Made by a program: the position numbers and the translations under genes. Shown piece by piece: positions 28,243-39,905 of a stretch of 50,203 nt of DNA. The notes under the pieces are model-generated. The model worked only from the letters and a program-made list of their open reading frames with translations. It had not been told where the DNA came from and ran no database searches. Numbering within the stretch: the stretch's first letter is position 1; each line of letters opens with the position of its first letter. Origin of the DNA: Pseudomonadota bacterium (GTDB taxonomy: Bacteria; Pseudomonadota; Alphaproteobacteria; Sphingomonadales; Sphingomonadaceae); NCBI GenBank assembly GCA_046730955.1, contig JBKPKE010000038.1, positions 1-50,203 on the forward strand, read 5' to 3'.

Positions 28243-30669
28243 CTTTTCGGCCGCGGCAACGATCCGCTTGGAAATCTCCGCAAGCTCTACATCCGTGAAG
28301 CTTTTCTCGGCCGGCTGGAGCGAGACTTCGACCGCCAAGCTGAGTCCGTCAGCCGTTCTGAAGCTGTCGAAGACCCGCGCAGCCGTGATCCACTGCTTAT
28401 CGGCGCCGCGGATGACGCGAACCAAATTGTCTGCGGGCAAGTCGGCCGGAACGATGAAGGCAAAGTCGCGCGTCACGGGCTGAAGCAACGGCGGCGTAAA
28501 GTGCGGGCGTGCGTGACCGCTTGCTCGCGCAACGGGGATGGCGTCCAGATAGATTTCCGCTGCCACGGATTTTTCCGGGGCATCCAATTCCCTGGTCAGG
28601 CGTGGGTGAAGCTCGCCAAAGGAAGCAAGGATCACCTTCGGACCGAGCCGCAAGGTAGCCGATCTGCCGGGGTGCCACGTCGGGCCGGCATCCGGGAAAA
28701 GCTGGAGATTGGCGACCGGGGCACCGCCGGCTTCGAGCAACGCGAGCACTTCAGCCTTCGCATCGAACGCATCAAAGGCGCGCGCCTTGCCTTCCTGCCA
28801 GCTGCGCGGCTGCTTCTCGCCTGAAAGAAGGAGGGTCGCCGTTGGGCGCTCTTTTTCGGGAAGATATCGCCGGCCGATTTCGAACAGGCGTGCGGACGCC
28901 GCACCACGCGCAAGATTCCGCCTGGCGGCCGAGATAAGTCCCGGCAGCAATGAAGGCCGCATGACCTTCATCTCTTCGCTGATCGGGTTCGCAAGCGGCC
29001 ATGCGCCGCCGCCGAACGCCTCGGCTTCGCGCTCGGAGATGAAGCTCCAGGTCACAGCCTCGTCGAGGCCTCGGGCCGCCGCTGTTCGGCGAACGTTGCG
29101 CTCGATCATCTGCGAGCGCGTGGCCGTCGGCTTTGCCACTCCGGACGCTCTCGGAAGCGGCGTCGACGGCACTTTGTCGTAGCCATTGATGCGGGCGATT
29201 TCCTCGACGATGTCCGCTTCACCGTCGACGTCGGGCCGCCAGGTCGGCGCCCGCACGAACCAGGTCTCGGTCTTCGCGCCAGCGAGTTTTCCAAGCGCGT
29301 CCTTGCGCTGACTTTCATTGACCCAGCTTTGTGCATCGTTTGGATCGAGCGAGATGAATTCGAGACGTCCGAGGATCGCCCGTTGCTCGTCCTCGGGAAG
29401 ATCGACGCCCGCAAGTGCTGCGAGGCGCGCGGGCCGATAAGGCACGACCTTGTCGACGTTGGGATAGCCGTCCTTGGGGAATTCACCGCTGATTCGCGGT
29501 TGGGAAGCCTCGCCTCCACACAGGTCGAGGATCATTTGCGTGGCGGATTCGATGCCCGTCGAGAGCTTCACCGGATCGATGCCGCGTTCGAAGCGGGAGC
29601 GAGCATCCGTACTGATAGCGTGGCGCTGACCGCTGCCGGCGATCCGAACCGGATCGAACCAGGCGCATTCGAGCAGGACGTCAGTCGTATTCTCGTCTAC
29701 TCCGGTGCTCTCGCCGCCGATGATTCCGCCGAAGCCGATTGCACCGCTTTCGTCGGCGATGACGCAATCCTCCGGCGTCGGTTCATATTCCTTGCCGTTC
29801 AGCGCCAGGAACTTCTCGCCCTGGCGGCCGCGGCGGGCAATGATGTGCCCGGTCAGCTTGGCGATATCATAAACGTGAAGCGGCCGTGCCTGGTCGATCG
29901 AGAAGAAATTGGTGATGTCGACCAGCGCGCTGATGGGTCGCAGGCCGACCGCTCTCAGCCGCTGCTGAAGCCATTGTGGGCTCTGCCCGTTGCGGACGCC
30001 GCGGATCACGCGTCGCCAGAAGACGTAACAACCGGAGTCAGGGTCGACCACGACCTTGGGTTCTGGCTCGAAGGAGCCCTGGACAACGGGATTGCTCGCC
30101 GGTTTGCGATAACCGATTCCGGCAGCGGCAAGGTCACGAGCAATACCGTCCACGCCCATGCAGTCGGGCCGATTCGGTGTGACGTTCACGTCGAACACCG
30201 GGTCGTTGAGCCCTGCGTAGTCCGGGAAGACTGCACCCACGGGAGCGTCCTCGGGAAGCTCGATGATGCCGTCATGCTCTTCGCCGAGTTGGAGCTCACG
30301 GACGGAGCACATCATTCCGCGGCTCTCGACCCCACGGATGGCCGCCACCTTCAACGTAAGGTCGGACCCGGGCACGTAGGTTCCCGGGCCACCAAATACG
30401 CCGAGCATTCCCGCGCGGGCGTTCGGCGCTCCGCAGACGACCTGGATCGTCTCGCCGGTACCGGCGTCGACGGTAAGAACCTGCAGCTTGTCGGCCTGCG
30501 GATGCTTCTCCGCGGTGAGCACCTTGGCGACGCGGAAGGGCGCAAGCGCTTCGGCGGGATTGACGACGCCTTCGACCTCAAGGCCGATCGCCGTCAGCGT
30601 ATCTGCGATCGTTGCCGGATCGGCGTCCGTATCGAGATGCTGCTTAAGCCAGCTCAGCGGGAACTTCAT
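28219..30669 (-). CDS. pheT: Phenylalanyl-tRNA synthetase beta subunit
   Basis: [38 protein letters not shown] and RDFAF motifs; ATG 30669 coupled to pheS. Confidence 0.97.
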   Translation of the reverse strand: MKFPLSWLKQHLDTDADPATIADTLTAIGLEVEGVVNPAEALAPFRVAKVLTAEKHPQADKLQVLTVDAGTGETIQVVCGAPNARAGMLGVFGGPGTYVPGSDLTLKVAAIRGVESRGMMCSVRELQLGEEHDGIIELPEDAPVGAVFPDYAGLNDPVFDVNVTPNRPDCMGVDGIARDLAAAGIGYRKPASNPVVQGSFEPEPKVVVDPDSGCYVFWRRVIRGVRNGQSPQWLQQRLRAVGLRPISALVDITNFFSIDQARPLHVYDIAKLTGHIIARRGRQGEKFLALNGKEYEPTPEDCVIADESGAIGFGGIIGGESTGVDENTTDVLLECAWFDPVRIAGSGQRHAISTDARSRFERGIDPVKLSTGIESATQMILDLCGGEASQPRISGEFPKDGYPNVDKVVPYRPARLAALAGVDLPEDEQRAILGRLEFISLDPNDAQSWVNESQRKDALGKLAGAKTETWFVRAPTWRPDVDGEADIVEEIARINGYDKVPSTPLPRASGVAKPTATRSQMIERNVRRTAAARGLDEAVTWSFISEREAEAFGGGAWPLANPISEEMKVMRPSLLPGLISAARRNLARGAASARLFEIGRRYLPEKERPTATLLLSGEKQPRSWQEGKARAFDAFDAKAEVLALLEAGGAPVANLQLFPDAGPTWHPGRSATLRLGPKVILASFGELHPRLTRELDAPEKSVAAEIYLDAIPVARASGHARPHFTPPLLQPVTRDFAFIVPADLPADNLVRVIRGADKQWITAARVFDSFRTADGLSLAVEVSLQPAEKSFTDVELAEISKRIVAAAEKLRARLRT

Positions 30670-31733
30670 GCGCCCACTCCTCCGCTCAGCGTGGGTACGT
30701 CGAGGGCGCGGAACCCGTAATGCTTGAGCCAGCGAATATCGCCGTCGAAGAAGGCGCGCAGGTCGTCCATACCGTATTTCAGCATAGCAAGCCGATCGAT
30801 TCCGCAGCCGAAGGCGAAGCCTTGCCACTCGTCGGGATCGAGGCCGGCGGCGGCGATCACGCGCGGATGGACCATTCCCGAGCCGAGCACCTCCATGAAG
30901 CCTTCGCTTCCGCCGATCACGCGCTTGCCATTCTGGAGCGTGTAGCCGACGTCGACCTCGGCTGAGGGCTCGGTGAATGGGAAGTAGGACGGTCTCATTC
31001 GCAGGACGACGTCGTCGCGCTCGAAGAAGGCCTTGAGGAATGTTTCAAGCGTCCACTTGAGATGGCCGAGCGTGATCGCCCGGTCGATGACCAGCCCCTC
31101 GACCTGGTGGAACATGGGTGTGTGGGTCGCGTCGCTGTCGGAGCGATATACCCGGCCTGGCGCGATGACGTAGATGGGCGCGCCATGCTTCTGCATTGCG
31201 CGGATCTGGACCGGCGAAGTATGCGTGCGGAGCACTTTCGCTTCTTGCTCGCTCTCGTGCCGTTCCAGGTAGAAAGTGTCCTGCATCGCTCGCGCCGGGT
31301 GGAATTCCGGCATGTTGAGCGCGGTGAAGTTGTGCCACTGGTCCTCGATCTCCGGTCCTTCCGCGACGGCGAAGCCGAGGTCGGCGAAAATCTCCGCAAG
31401 CTCATCCATCACTTGGCTGACCGGGTGGACGGTCCCGCGCGGCTGTTCCTGGGCGGGAAGCGAGAGGTCGAGCGCCTCGGTCGCAAGCTTGCGGTCGAGA
31501 TCGGCGGCTTCCAGCGCCGCCTTGCGATCCGCAATGGCGGAGGTGATCTCTTCGCGCATGGCGTGGATCTTCGGCCCTTCGGCCGTGCGCGTTTCCGGGT
31601 CCATCGTACCGAGCGACTTGAGCATCGCCGTAATGCTTCCGGACTTGCCGAGCGCGGAGACGCGCAGCTGATCGAGCGCGCCAAGGTCGGGCGCGCCGCG
31701 GATTTGTTCGATTAGGTCAGTGTCTGACGCCAT
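30666..31733 (-). CDS. pheS: Phenylalanyl-tRNA synthetase alpha subunit
   Basis: [40 protein letters not shown] and [11 protein letters not shown] motifs. Confidence 0.98.
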   Translation of the reverse strand: MASDTDLIEQIRGAPDLGALDQLRVSALGKSGSITAMLKSLGTMDPETRTAEGPKIHAMREEITSAIADRKAALEAADLDRKLATEALDLSLPAQEQPRGTVHPVSQVMDELAEIFADLGFAVAEGPEIEDQWHNFTALNMPEFHPARAMQDTFYLERHESEQEAKVLRTHTSPVQIRAMQKHGAPIYVIAPGRVYRSDSDATHTPMFHQVEGLVIDRAITLGHLKWTLETFLKAFFERDDVVLRMRPSYFPFTEPSAEVDVGYTLQNGKRVIGGSEGFMEVLGSGMVHPRVIAAAGLDPDEWQGFAFGCGIDRLAMLKYGMDDLRAFFDGDIRWLKHYGFRALDVPTLSGGVGA

Positions 31734-31793
31734 GGCGCATGGCCTTAGCCGGGCCTCTGCGCAAAATGCAAAGCCATGTGCTACAGCTGGCGA

Positions 31794-32705
31794 ATGAGCG
31801 AATGGCCCAAGCTCGATCCCGCGCGTGACCATGAAACGCTATCCATCCTACACCTCGCCTCACAAATGCTGGGCAAGATCCGGGTTCGGCATGCGCCTTG
31901 GTCCAACCACGGCTGGAGCGTAGCTCTTCAGCCCATCGCCCGCGGGCTCTCGACCCTGCCGACCGCGGCAAGCGACAGTCGTACGTTCACGCTGACGCTC
32001 GACCTTTGCCGCCATGCGATCGTGCTGTGGACCAGCGACGAGGGTCGAGAAGAGATTCCGCTGAATGCGGGCAGCGTCGCTGCGCTTCACAAGCGGCTCA
32101 TTGCCGCGCTTGAGCGTCACGGCCTTCCATCCGACTTCAACGGCGTTCCAAACGAGGTTGCCGAGGCAATTCCGTTCGCCGAGGATACTCGGCAGCGTGA
32201 ATATGAGCGGGACTCTGCCGCGCGCTTCCGCGAGGCGCTTGCTGCCATGCTCCCCGTATTCGAGCGATTCCGTGCTGGCTTTACGGGCAAGTCGAGCCCC
32301 GTCCATTTCTGGTGGGGCAGCTTCGACCTCGCGGTGACGCGCTTCTCGGGCCGTGACGCTCCCCCGCACCCAGGCGGCGTTCCGGGCCTGCCTGACCGAA
32401 TCACCCGCGACGCGTACAGCCAGGAAGTATCCAGCGCGGGTTTCTGGGCGGGCGGAGTCACTGAGGCGGAGCCCTTTTTCTATAGCTACGCCTATCCCGA
32501 ACCGGCGGGCTACCGCGAAAGGAAGCCGATTGTGGGAGCCTTCAGCGACGATTGGCAGGAATTCGTTCTGCCTTATTCCGAGGTTCGGGCATCGAGCGCT
32601 CCGGCCGCGATGCTGACCGGCTTTCTACAGTCGACCTATGACGTGGCGGCCGAACTCGCTGCGTGGGATCGGCCCAAGCTCGAGCGGGAACCCGTCGCGC
32701 CCTAG
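31794..32705 (+). CDS. DUF5996 family protein
   Basis: [47 protein letters not shown] and FLQSTY motifs. Confidence 0.75.
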   Translation: MSEWPKLDPARDHETLSILHLASQMLGKIRVRHAPWSNHGWSVALQPIARGLSTLPTAASDSRTFTLTLDLCRHAIVLWTSDEGREEIPLNAGSVAALHKRLIAALERHGLPSDFNGVPNEVAEAIPFAEDTRQREYERDSAARFREALAAMLPVFERFRAGFTGKSSPVHFWWGSFDLAVTRFSGRDAPPHPGGVPGLPDRITRDAYSQEVSSAGFWAGGVTEAEPFFYSYAYPEPAGYRERKPIVGAFSDDWQEFVLPYSEVRASSAPAAMLTGFLQSTYDVAAELAAWDRPKLEREPVAP

Positions 32706-34126
32706 CCAGGCAGGAACGGGAAGGGCGAGATCGTCTTCCGGTTCTCGTGCACCGCAAGCATCCGACCCGCCGGCGGCGTTGCGCGATACGGACATTCCAT
32801 GCGCGGACAGATGGCACACGCGGGTCCGACGGGTGTCGCCGGCGTGTTCATCAGGTCGAGACCGTCCGCATAAGCGATGCGGGGGGCGTAACGGATGTCG
32901 CAACCGAGTCCGATCGCCAAAAGCGCATCATCGCGCAAATCCGGCCGGATCGGCCGCTCAATGGTCCGGCTGATGGTGAAGAAGCGCTGGCCGTCCGGAG
33001 TTTCGATCAGCTGGCGGATCGTCTGTCCGGGCGTCTGGAACGCCGCGTGCAATTGCCAGCGGGGACAAGTGCCGCCGAAGTGGGAGAAGGGGAAGCTTTC
33101 ACCGGCATAGCGCTTGGAGATGTTCCCGGCGGGATCGACTCGGAGCATGAAGAAGGGAACGCCGCGAGCGCCCGAGCGGCCAAGCGTCGTGATGCGGTGC
33201 GCGACCTGCTCGACATTGGCGCCGAATTGTCCGCAGAGGCGGTCGATTGCATAACGATGCTCCTCGGCAGCGCGCAGGAAGCGGCCATAGGGCATCATGA
33301 TCGCGCCGGCCGCATAATTGGCGAAGCTCATGTGGAGCAGGGCCCGCGTTCCCTTGTCCGGCGGACGCGCATCATCGGCCATTCTCTGGAGTAGGGGCGC
33401 CAGCTCGAGCATCGCGAGCTGATAGGCGAGGCCGAAGGTGCGGTTCTCGGCCCTGAGCAAGGCGGAGATCATGAACATTCGGCGCTGCGCATCGTAGTGC
33501 TGGCTGAAATCGCCGAGCAGCTCCGGGGAGACCACCTGGGCCTCGACGCCGAACGCTTCCTTGAGGCGGCGGCGGAGCGCCTCGGCAACGGACAGCGGGT
33601 CGTTGAGCGCTTCGCCAAGCGTTTCGCAGCGGTCCTCCAGCTCCGGATAATGGTTGCGCTGCGCTTGGATGTAGTCCCGTACCCAGGTCTCCGGCGTAAT
33701 CAGGGCTCGGGGATCGGCGGCAGCTTCGCCTTCCGCCGCATTCGGCGGACGCCGCTGGAGTTCCCGAAGCGCGGTGTAGAGTCGAACCACGCCTTCGGAG
33801 ACAGACGGCGCATTGTCGGCCAGCTCGATCAGCTCCGCACGGCTGATGCCAAGATCGGACAGCATCGCATCGGAGAAGATCTCGGCAAGCTGGTCGGCCC
33901 CTGCAGTGTCTCCGCCTTCCGAAGCGAAGGTCTTCATGTCGACGTCGAAGGACTCGGCAAGGCGAAGAAGGATGCCGGCTGTAACCGGCCGTTGATTGCG
34001 CTCGAGATGGTTCAAATAGGAGGCGGAAATGCCGATCTCGTCGGCCATGGCCGCCTGGTTCAGGCCCCGCTCTCGCCGCAACCGCCTCAGCCTTGCCCCC
34101 AGGAACAACTTTCGCTGTGCAACCAT
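32702..34126 (-). CDS. ScfR/RamB-family short-chain fatty acyl-CoA-responsive regulator (XRE HTH + IrrE-like + DUF2083)
   Basis: GISASYLNHLERNQRP, ANYAAGAIMMPY, RVDPAGNISKR, GGTCPRW and C-terminal CAICPRMECPYRA; divergent from aceA. Confidence 0.92.
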   Translation of the reverse strand: MVAQRKLFLGARLRRLRRERGLNQAAMADEIGISASYLNHLERNQRPVTAGILLRLAESFDVDMKTFASEGGDTAGADQLAEIFSDAMLSDLGISRAELIELADNAPSVSEGVVRLYTALRELQRRPPNAAEGEAAADPRALITPETWVRDYIQAQRNHYPELEDRCETLGEALNDPLSVAEALRRRLKEAFGVEAQVVSPELLGDFSQHYDAQRRMFMISALLRAENRTFGLAYQLAMLELAPLLQRMADDARPPDKGTRALLHMSFANYAAGAIMMPYGRFLRAAEEHRYAIDRLCGQFGANVEQVAHRITTLGRSGARGVPFFMLRVDPAGNISKRYAGESFPFSHFGGTCPRWQLHAAFQTPGQTIRQLIETPDGQRFFTISRTIERPIRPDLRDDALLAIGLGCDIRYAPRIAYADGLDLMNTPATPVGPACAICPRMECPYRATPPAGRMLAVHENRKTISPFPFLPG

Positions 34127-34132
34127 CGTCAG

Positions 34133-34152
34133 ATTGTGAATGAATTTACAAC
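34133..34152. promoter_or_regulatory. Putative ScfR operator
   Basis: ATTGTGAA-TGAA-TTTACAAC, a degenerate version of the TTTGCAAA-N4-TTTGCAAA type site, in the divergent scfR/aceA spacer. Confidence 0.45.
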
Positions 34153-34260
34153 TTACACAAGTCTAGCTCTGTCACCTTAGCCCTTTTCTGTGCATCATTT
34201 ACGAACCAGCCGTGTTTCCCTGCGGGCCAGATCAAGGCTTGAGTCACAGGGGATTCGTTC

Positions 34261-35553
<1,293 letters not shown>

Positions 35554-35563
35554 GAGAAGCGGG

Positions 35564-35761
35564 ATGACCTATCGTTATTGGGTAATCGGTGGAGACTATA
35601 GCGACTGTCAGTTCAGGGACATCGAGCCGGGAACCGCGATCATGCACGGTCCCTACGACGACGAAGTGAAAGCGCGCACGGAGTGGCAGCGGCTCACTTT
35701 TCGTGATCATTGCGGAGCAACAACGCGCTATTCGATCTGCGTGGAGCCGAATCGCGCATGA
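35564..35761 (+). CDS. DUF4170-like small protein
   Basis: YWVIGGDY...GPY...A...W...TRYSI pattern; AGGAG RBS; stop overlaps the aceB ATG. Confidence 0.7.
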   Translation: MTYRYWVIGGDYSDCQFRDIEPGTAIMHGPYDDEVKARTEWQRLTFRDHCGATTRYSICVEPNRA

Positions 35762-37326
35762 ACCCAGTGATTGACCGGCCACGGATCGTGGCCGAGCCCA
35801 GCCGGGCCCCCGGCGCGGGTGCAGTGTTGACGCCGGATGCACTCGACCTTGTGGCCGAGCTGCACGAAAGGTTCGATTCACGGCGCCGCGAGCTGCTCGA
35901 TCGAAGGCTCGACCGTCAGAAGAGCTTTGACGCGGGTGAGCTTCCGGACTTCCGCGAGGATACGAGGCAGATCCGCGAGGCGGAGTGGACGGTCGGCAAT
36001 ATCCCCGCCGACCTTCAGGATCGCCGGGTCGAAATCACCGGACCGACCAACGCCAAGATGCTGATCAACGCTCTCAATTCGGGCGCGAAGGTCTTCATGG
36101 CCGACTTCGAGGATGCGACATCTCCGACCTGGGACGAGCTCGTCACGGGCCAGGCGAACCTCAAGGCCTACTGGCTTGGCCGCCTCGGCTTTACCGATCC
36201 CCACAGCGGCAAAGCTTACGAAGTCGGCGAAAATCCAGCGGTGCTAATGGTCCGGCCGCGCGGGCTGCATTTGCCCGAAGACCATGTGACCGTCGATCAC
36301 GAGGTCGTCGCGGGCGCCTTCTTCGATTTCGGGATCTACGTCTGGCACAATGCGCGGGCGGCACTGGCCAAGGGCTCCGGTCCCTATTTCTACATTCCCA
36401 AGCTGGAGAGCGCCGAGGAAGCGGCGCTGTGGAGCGACGTCTTCGCGCTGACGGAGGCTCGGCTCCGGCTCGAGCGTGGAACGATCAAGGCGACGATCCT
36501 GATCGAAACCATCCCGGCAGCGTTCGAGATGGAGGAGATCCTCTACGCGCTGCGTGAGAACATCGTCGGGCTGAACTGCGGCCGCTGGGATTATATCTTC
36601 TCGACCATCAAGCGGCTCGGCCGGAACGCCGATCGTCTCACGCCGGACCGTTCGGCGATGACCATGGATAAGGCCTTTCTCGCGGCCTATTCGCTGAGGC
36701 TGATCGATACCTGTCACCGCCGCGGCGCTTTCGCGATGGGCGGCATGTCGGCCTTCATTCCCGTGAAGGGCGACGAGGAAGCCAACCGCGCCGCCATGGA
36801 CAAGGTCGGCGCCGACAAGCTTCGCGAAGTGACCAACGGCCATGACGGGACCTGGGTGGCGCACCCGGCGCTAGTCCAGGTCGCACTGGAAGCGTTCGAG
36901 GCGATGCAGGGCCCGAACCAGTTGTCGAAAAGGCCGGAGGATGTGCCCGGCCGCGATGCGATGCTGGAGCTCCACACCGGTCCACGCACCGAGCAGGGCG
37001 CCCGCGAGAACATTCGCGTCGGCGTCCAATATCTTGCCGCCTGGCTCGGCGGGAAAGGTGCGGTGCCGCTCTACAACCTGATGGAGGATGCGGCGACTGC
37101 GGAGATCAGCCGCGCCCAGCTTTGGCAGTGGCTCCACTTCGGAGCGCCGCTCGATGACGGCCGCACTTTCACCCGCGAGCTGTTCGACGCGCTCTACGAG
37201 GAAGAGATTGGGCTGCTGCAAGAAGTGCCGGATATTGCAGAGGCGTCGGACCTGTTCCGCGAAATGGTCGTCTCAGACGACTTTACGGAGTTCCTGACGC
37301 TGCCGGCGTATGAGCTGCTCGACTAA
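35758..37326 (+). CDS. aceB: Malate synthase A
   Basis: DRRVEITGP, FMADFED, VRPRG, GLNCGRWDYIFS, GHDGTWVAHP and LMEDAATAEISR motifs. Confidence 0.97.
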   Translation: MNPVIDRPRIVAEPSRAPGAGAVLTPDALDLVAELHERFDSRRRELLDRRLDRQKSFDAGELPDFREDTRQIREAEWTVGNIPADLQDRRVEITGPTNAKMLINALNSGAKVFMADFEDATSPTWDELVTGQANLKAYWLGRLGFTDPHSGKAYEVGENPAVLMVRPRGLHLPEDHVTVDHEVVAGAFFDFGIYVWHNARAALAKGSGPYFYIPKLESAEEAALWSDVFALTEARLRLERGTIKATILIETIPAAFEMEEILYALRENIVGLNCGRWDYIFSTIKRLGRNADRLTPDRSAMTMDKAFLAAYSLRLIDTCHRRGAFAMGGMSAFIPVKGDEEANRAAMDKVGADKLREVTNGHDGTWVAHPALVQVALEAFEAMQGPNQLSKRPEDVPGRDAMLELHTGPRTEQGARENIRVGVQYLAAWLGGKGAVPLYNLMEDAATAEISRAQLWQWLHFGAPLDDGRTFTRELFDALYEEEIGLLQEVPDIAEASDLFREMVVSDDFTEFLTLPAYELLD

Positions 37327-37402
37327 CTCAGCCTCACCGCTATCCAATGCTAAACTGGTGAAATCAGGAGTCCCGTGTGATGGCGGGTCTTGAGGGGCGT
37401 TC

Positions 37403-37834
37403 ATGGCCGAAGATCCCGCCGCAGCTAACGTTAATCGGGCGTATCAGCTCACGGCTTCGAGCATCGCGATTTTCACGTTTCAGCTGTTTTTTCATTACCC
37501 GAAATACCGCAGCGGCGAGGTCGATCCCTTCCCGTTCCAAGTCACGCTGATCGTGATGGGTGTCGCGACTTTCTCGTTCGCGTTTGCATCCTTCTATTAT
37601 TACGCCGCCTCTCTGGGAGACCGGGTTGATGCGTCTGAGCGCACTCGATTTTCTCGTAGAGGCGACCACATTTGGCTGATCGGCTGCCTGTTGCTCTTTC
37701 TGGCGCCGAGCGTGATTCTCTTCACAATCGATCTACCGATCGTCGCGTCGGCCTGGTTTGGGCTTTGGCTAGGATACCTGTTCTTCGTGATCCGGATATT
37801 TCCTCGCGTCCGAAGCGGAGGGAGGGGCTTTTGA
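37403..37834 (+). CDS. Hypothetical membrane protein (about 4 TM)
   Basis: Four hydrophobic segments; GAGGGG RBS; no recognisable family. Confidence 0.6.
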   Translation: MAEDPAAANVNRAYQLTASSIAIFTFQLFFHYPKYRSGEVDPFPFQVTLIVMGVATFSFAFASFYYYAASLGDRVDASERTRFSRRGDHIWLIGCLLLFLAPSVILFTIDLPIVASAWFGLWLGYLFFVIRIFPRVRSGGRGF

Positions 37835-37841
37835 GCGCAAG

Positions 37842-37875
37842 AAAAAGGGCGCCGGAACCGAAGCTCCGACGTCCT
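37842..37875 (-). terminator. Rho-independent terminator of rpmI-rplT
   Basis: Minus strand AGGACGTCGGAGC-TTCG-GTTCCGGCGCCC-TTTTT. Confidence 0.75.
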
Positions 37876-37900
37876 CGCTACGCTTACTGAACTCCGAGAC

Positions 37901-38278
37901 TTAAGCGGCCTTGGCCGGCTTGTCCTCGAGCGCCTTCTTCGCCTGGGCGATGATGGCGCTGAACGCTTCGCCTTCGTGCATCGCGATGTCGGCCAGGACC
38001 TTCCGGTCGAGGTCGATGTTCGCAAGCTTGAGGGCGTGGATGAACTGCCCGTAGGTCAGGCCTTCCGCGCGGACCGCCGCGTTGATGCGCTGGATCCAGA
38101 GAGCGCGGAAGCTCCGCTTCTTCACCTTGCGGTCGCGGTAGGCGTACTGGCCCGCCTTCTCGACCGCCTGGCGGGCGATACGGATCGTGTTCTTGCGACG
38201 GCCGTAATAGCCCTTCGCCTGATCCAAAATTCTCTTGTGCTTGGCGCGAGTGGTCGTGCCGCGCTTGATGCGTGCCAT
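37901..38278 (-). CDS. rplT: 50S ribosomal protein L20
   Basis: MARIKRG...AKGYYGRR...[24 protein letters not shown]. Confidence 0.99.
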   Translation of the reverse strand: MARIKRGTTTRAKHKRILDQAKGYYGRRKNTIRIARQAVEKAGQYAYRDRKVKKRSFRALWIQRINAAVRAEGLTYGQFIHALKLANIDLDRKVLADIAMHEGEAFSAIIAQAKKALEDKPAKAA

Positions 38279-38291
38279 TTCCCGCTACTCC

Positions 38292-38495
38292 TTACTTGAG
38301 GCCGTAGGGCGCCCAGAGCTTCACGCGCGCCGTATCGGCGTCGGCGAGAACTTCGGTGCCGCGGTTCTGGCGAATGTACTTGGCGTTGTGGCTGATCAGG
38401 CGGTGGCGCTTGCCTGCGACACCATGCTTGATCTTGCCAGTCGCCGTGAGCTTGAAGCGCTTTTTCACGCCGCTCTTGGTCTTCAGCTTGGGCAT
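38292..38495 (-). CDS. rpmI: 50S ribosomal protein L35
   Basis: [21 protein letters not shown]; AAGGAG RBS before ATG 38495. Confidence 0.98.
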   Translation of the reverse strand: MPKLKTKSGVKKRFKLTATGKIKHGVAGKRHRLISHNAKYIRQNRGTEVLADADTARVKLWAPYGLK

Positions 38496-38623
38496 TTCGT
38501 CTCCTTTGCGCCCCATGGGACGCGACATGATCCAACCGCCACGGCATGCCTTTTGGCCGGGCCATTGGTTTTCCAATGATCTGGAAAGCGCGGGCCTATA
38601 GAGGCGGATGCGCGCTTAGGCAA

Positions 38624-39283
38624 CTACCACGGCAGTTCCGAGCCGTCGCGGCGGAGAAAGCTTCCCGTGTCGTCGATCGTCAGGCGCTCGATCAGCTTTC
38701 GCATGTCGCCGACGCTCTCCTCAGGGCTGATCTCCGCGCCCGCACCGCCCATGCGCGTCTTCACCCACCCGGGGCTTAGCGTAGCTGCCGTCACGCCGTC
38801 GCGCTTCGCTTCAAGAGCGAGGCAGCTCCACGCCATGTTCAGCGCGGCCTTGGACGTCCGGTAGGGGATCCAGCCGCCATTGTTGTCGCCGATGCTCCCC
38901 ATTCCGCTGGAGATGCAGATGGCCTTTCCCTGAGCCTCGGCGAGCCGCGGCAGTAATGCGTGCGCCAGCTGGAAGGGCGCGATCACGTTGACCATCATCA
39001 TCGCCTGCCATTCGTGCGCGTTTCCGGCGCCTTCTGTTTCCATCGGATGGCTGGTGCCGGCGTTCGCGATGAAGAGATCGAGGGGGCCGCCGATCCTGCC
39101 GGCAAACGCGGCGACGGCATCGACGTTAGTCAGGTCTAGCGGCTCGATCCGAACCCCGAGCGCCTCCAGCTCCGCGCTCGACTGGCGTGCGGTTGCGATC
39201 ACGTCCCAACCGTCGGCGGCGTACTGACGGACGAATTCGAGCCCGATCCCGCGATTGGCTCCGGTGATGAGGACATTGGGCAT
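38624..39283 (-). CDS. Short-chain dehydrogenase/reductase (CsgA/C-factor-like)
   Basis: TGANRGIG, ANAG, YRTSK and SPGWVKTRMGG motifs. Confidence 0.92.
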   Translation of the reverse strand: MPNVLITGANRGIGLEFVRQYAADGWDVIATARQSSAELEALGVRIEPLDLTNVDAVAAFAGRIGGPLDLFIANAGTSHPMETEGAGNAHEWQAMMMVNVIAPFQLAHALLPRLAEAQGKAICISSGMGSIGDNNGGWIPYRTSKAALNMAWSCLALEAKRDGVTAATLSPGWVKTRMGGAGAEISPEESVGDMRKLIERLTIDDTGSFLRRDGSELPW

Positions 39284-39313
39284 TGCCGGGTAACGTCTCC
39301 CTGGCGAAAAGGC

Positions 39314-39895
39314 TCAGGCCGCTCTAACCGACAGTCCACCCGCCTCCATCGGCCGCAGCAAGTCCTTCGAGCTAAGGGAGCCGTCGAGCCATTCTCGCCA
39401 CTCGGGCGGCGACAACAAAGCGATCTGGCGATTGTGGTAGGCCTGGATGTCCGGCCCGGGAGGCACCGTCAGAAGGGTGAAGGCCTCGCCGACCTGAGGA
39501 TCGTTGCGCGTGACGCCGGCGATGGCGAAAGGCTCGTCGGTGGAGAGACGGAAAAGCCAGCAGTCCTTTTTCTTCTGCTTCGGATCGGCAGGCGAGGTGA
39601 ACTCGTAGAAACCGTCGGCAAGCACCAGGCAGCGGTCGCGCCCAAACTCACGCCCGTCCGAGCGCATGTTGAACACTGGCTTGCCGCCCGGGGCCGGCCA
39701 CGACCAACGCCGCTCGACCAGCTCCGCGGTGCTGCTATCGCGGTTGAAGCGGACGATCGGAGCGCGCTCGGTGATGCGCACGTTGCGCGGCTCGAAATTG
39801 GGGATGCCTTCAGGGAAGGTGAGCGGAATCTGCGCTGCCTCGAAGATCCTGCGGATCGCATCGGGGCCTTTTTCCAGCGTGTAGAGGTTACACAC
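39314..39895 (-). CDS. SRAP (YedK/HMCES-like) abasic-site protecting protein
   Basis: N-terminal MCNLY (catalytic Cys2), FNMRSD, RCLVLADGFYE and YHNRQ motifs. Confidence 0.88.
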   Translation of the reverse strand: MCNLYTLEKGPDAIRRIFEAAQIPLTFPEGIPNFEPRNVRITERAPIVRFNRDSSTAELVERRWSWPAPGGKPVFNMRSDGREFGRDRCLVLADGFYEFTSPADPKQKKKDCWLFRLSTDEPFAIAGVTRNDPQVGEAFTLLTVPPGPDIQAYHNRQIALLSPPEWREWLDGSLSSKDLLRPMEAGGLSVRAA

Positions 39896-39905
39896 CGGTC
39901 GAGGA

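Noticed and set aside
29329-30720. Long antisense ORFs (e.g. 463 aa opposite pheT, 291 aa opposite rho, 359 aa opposite ribB, 340 aa opposite the chaperone)
   Set aside because: Shadow frames expected from high-GC codon bias; no recognisable motifs.
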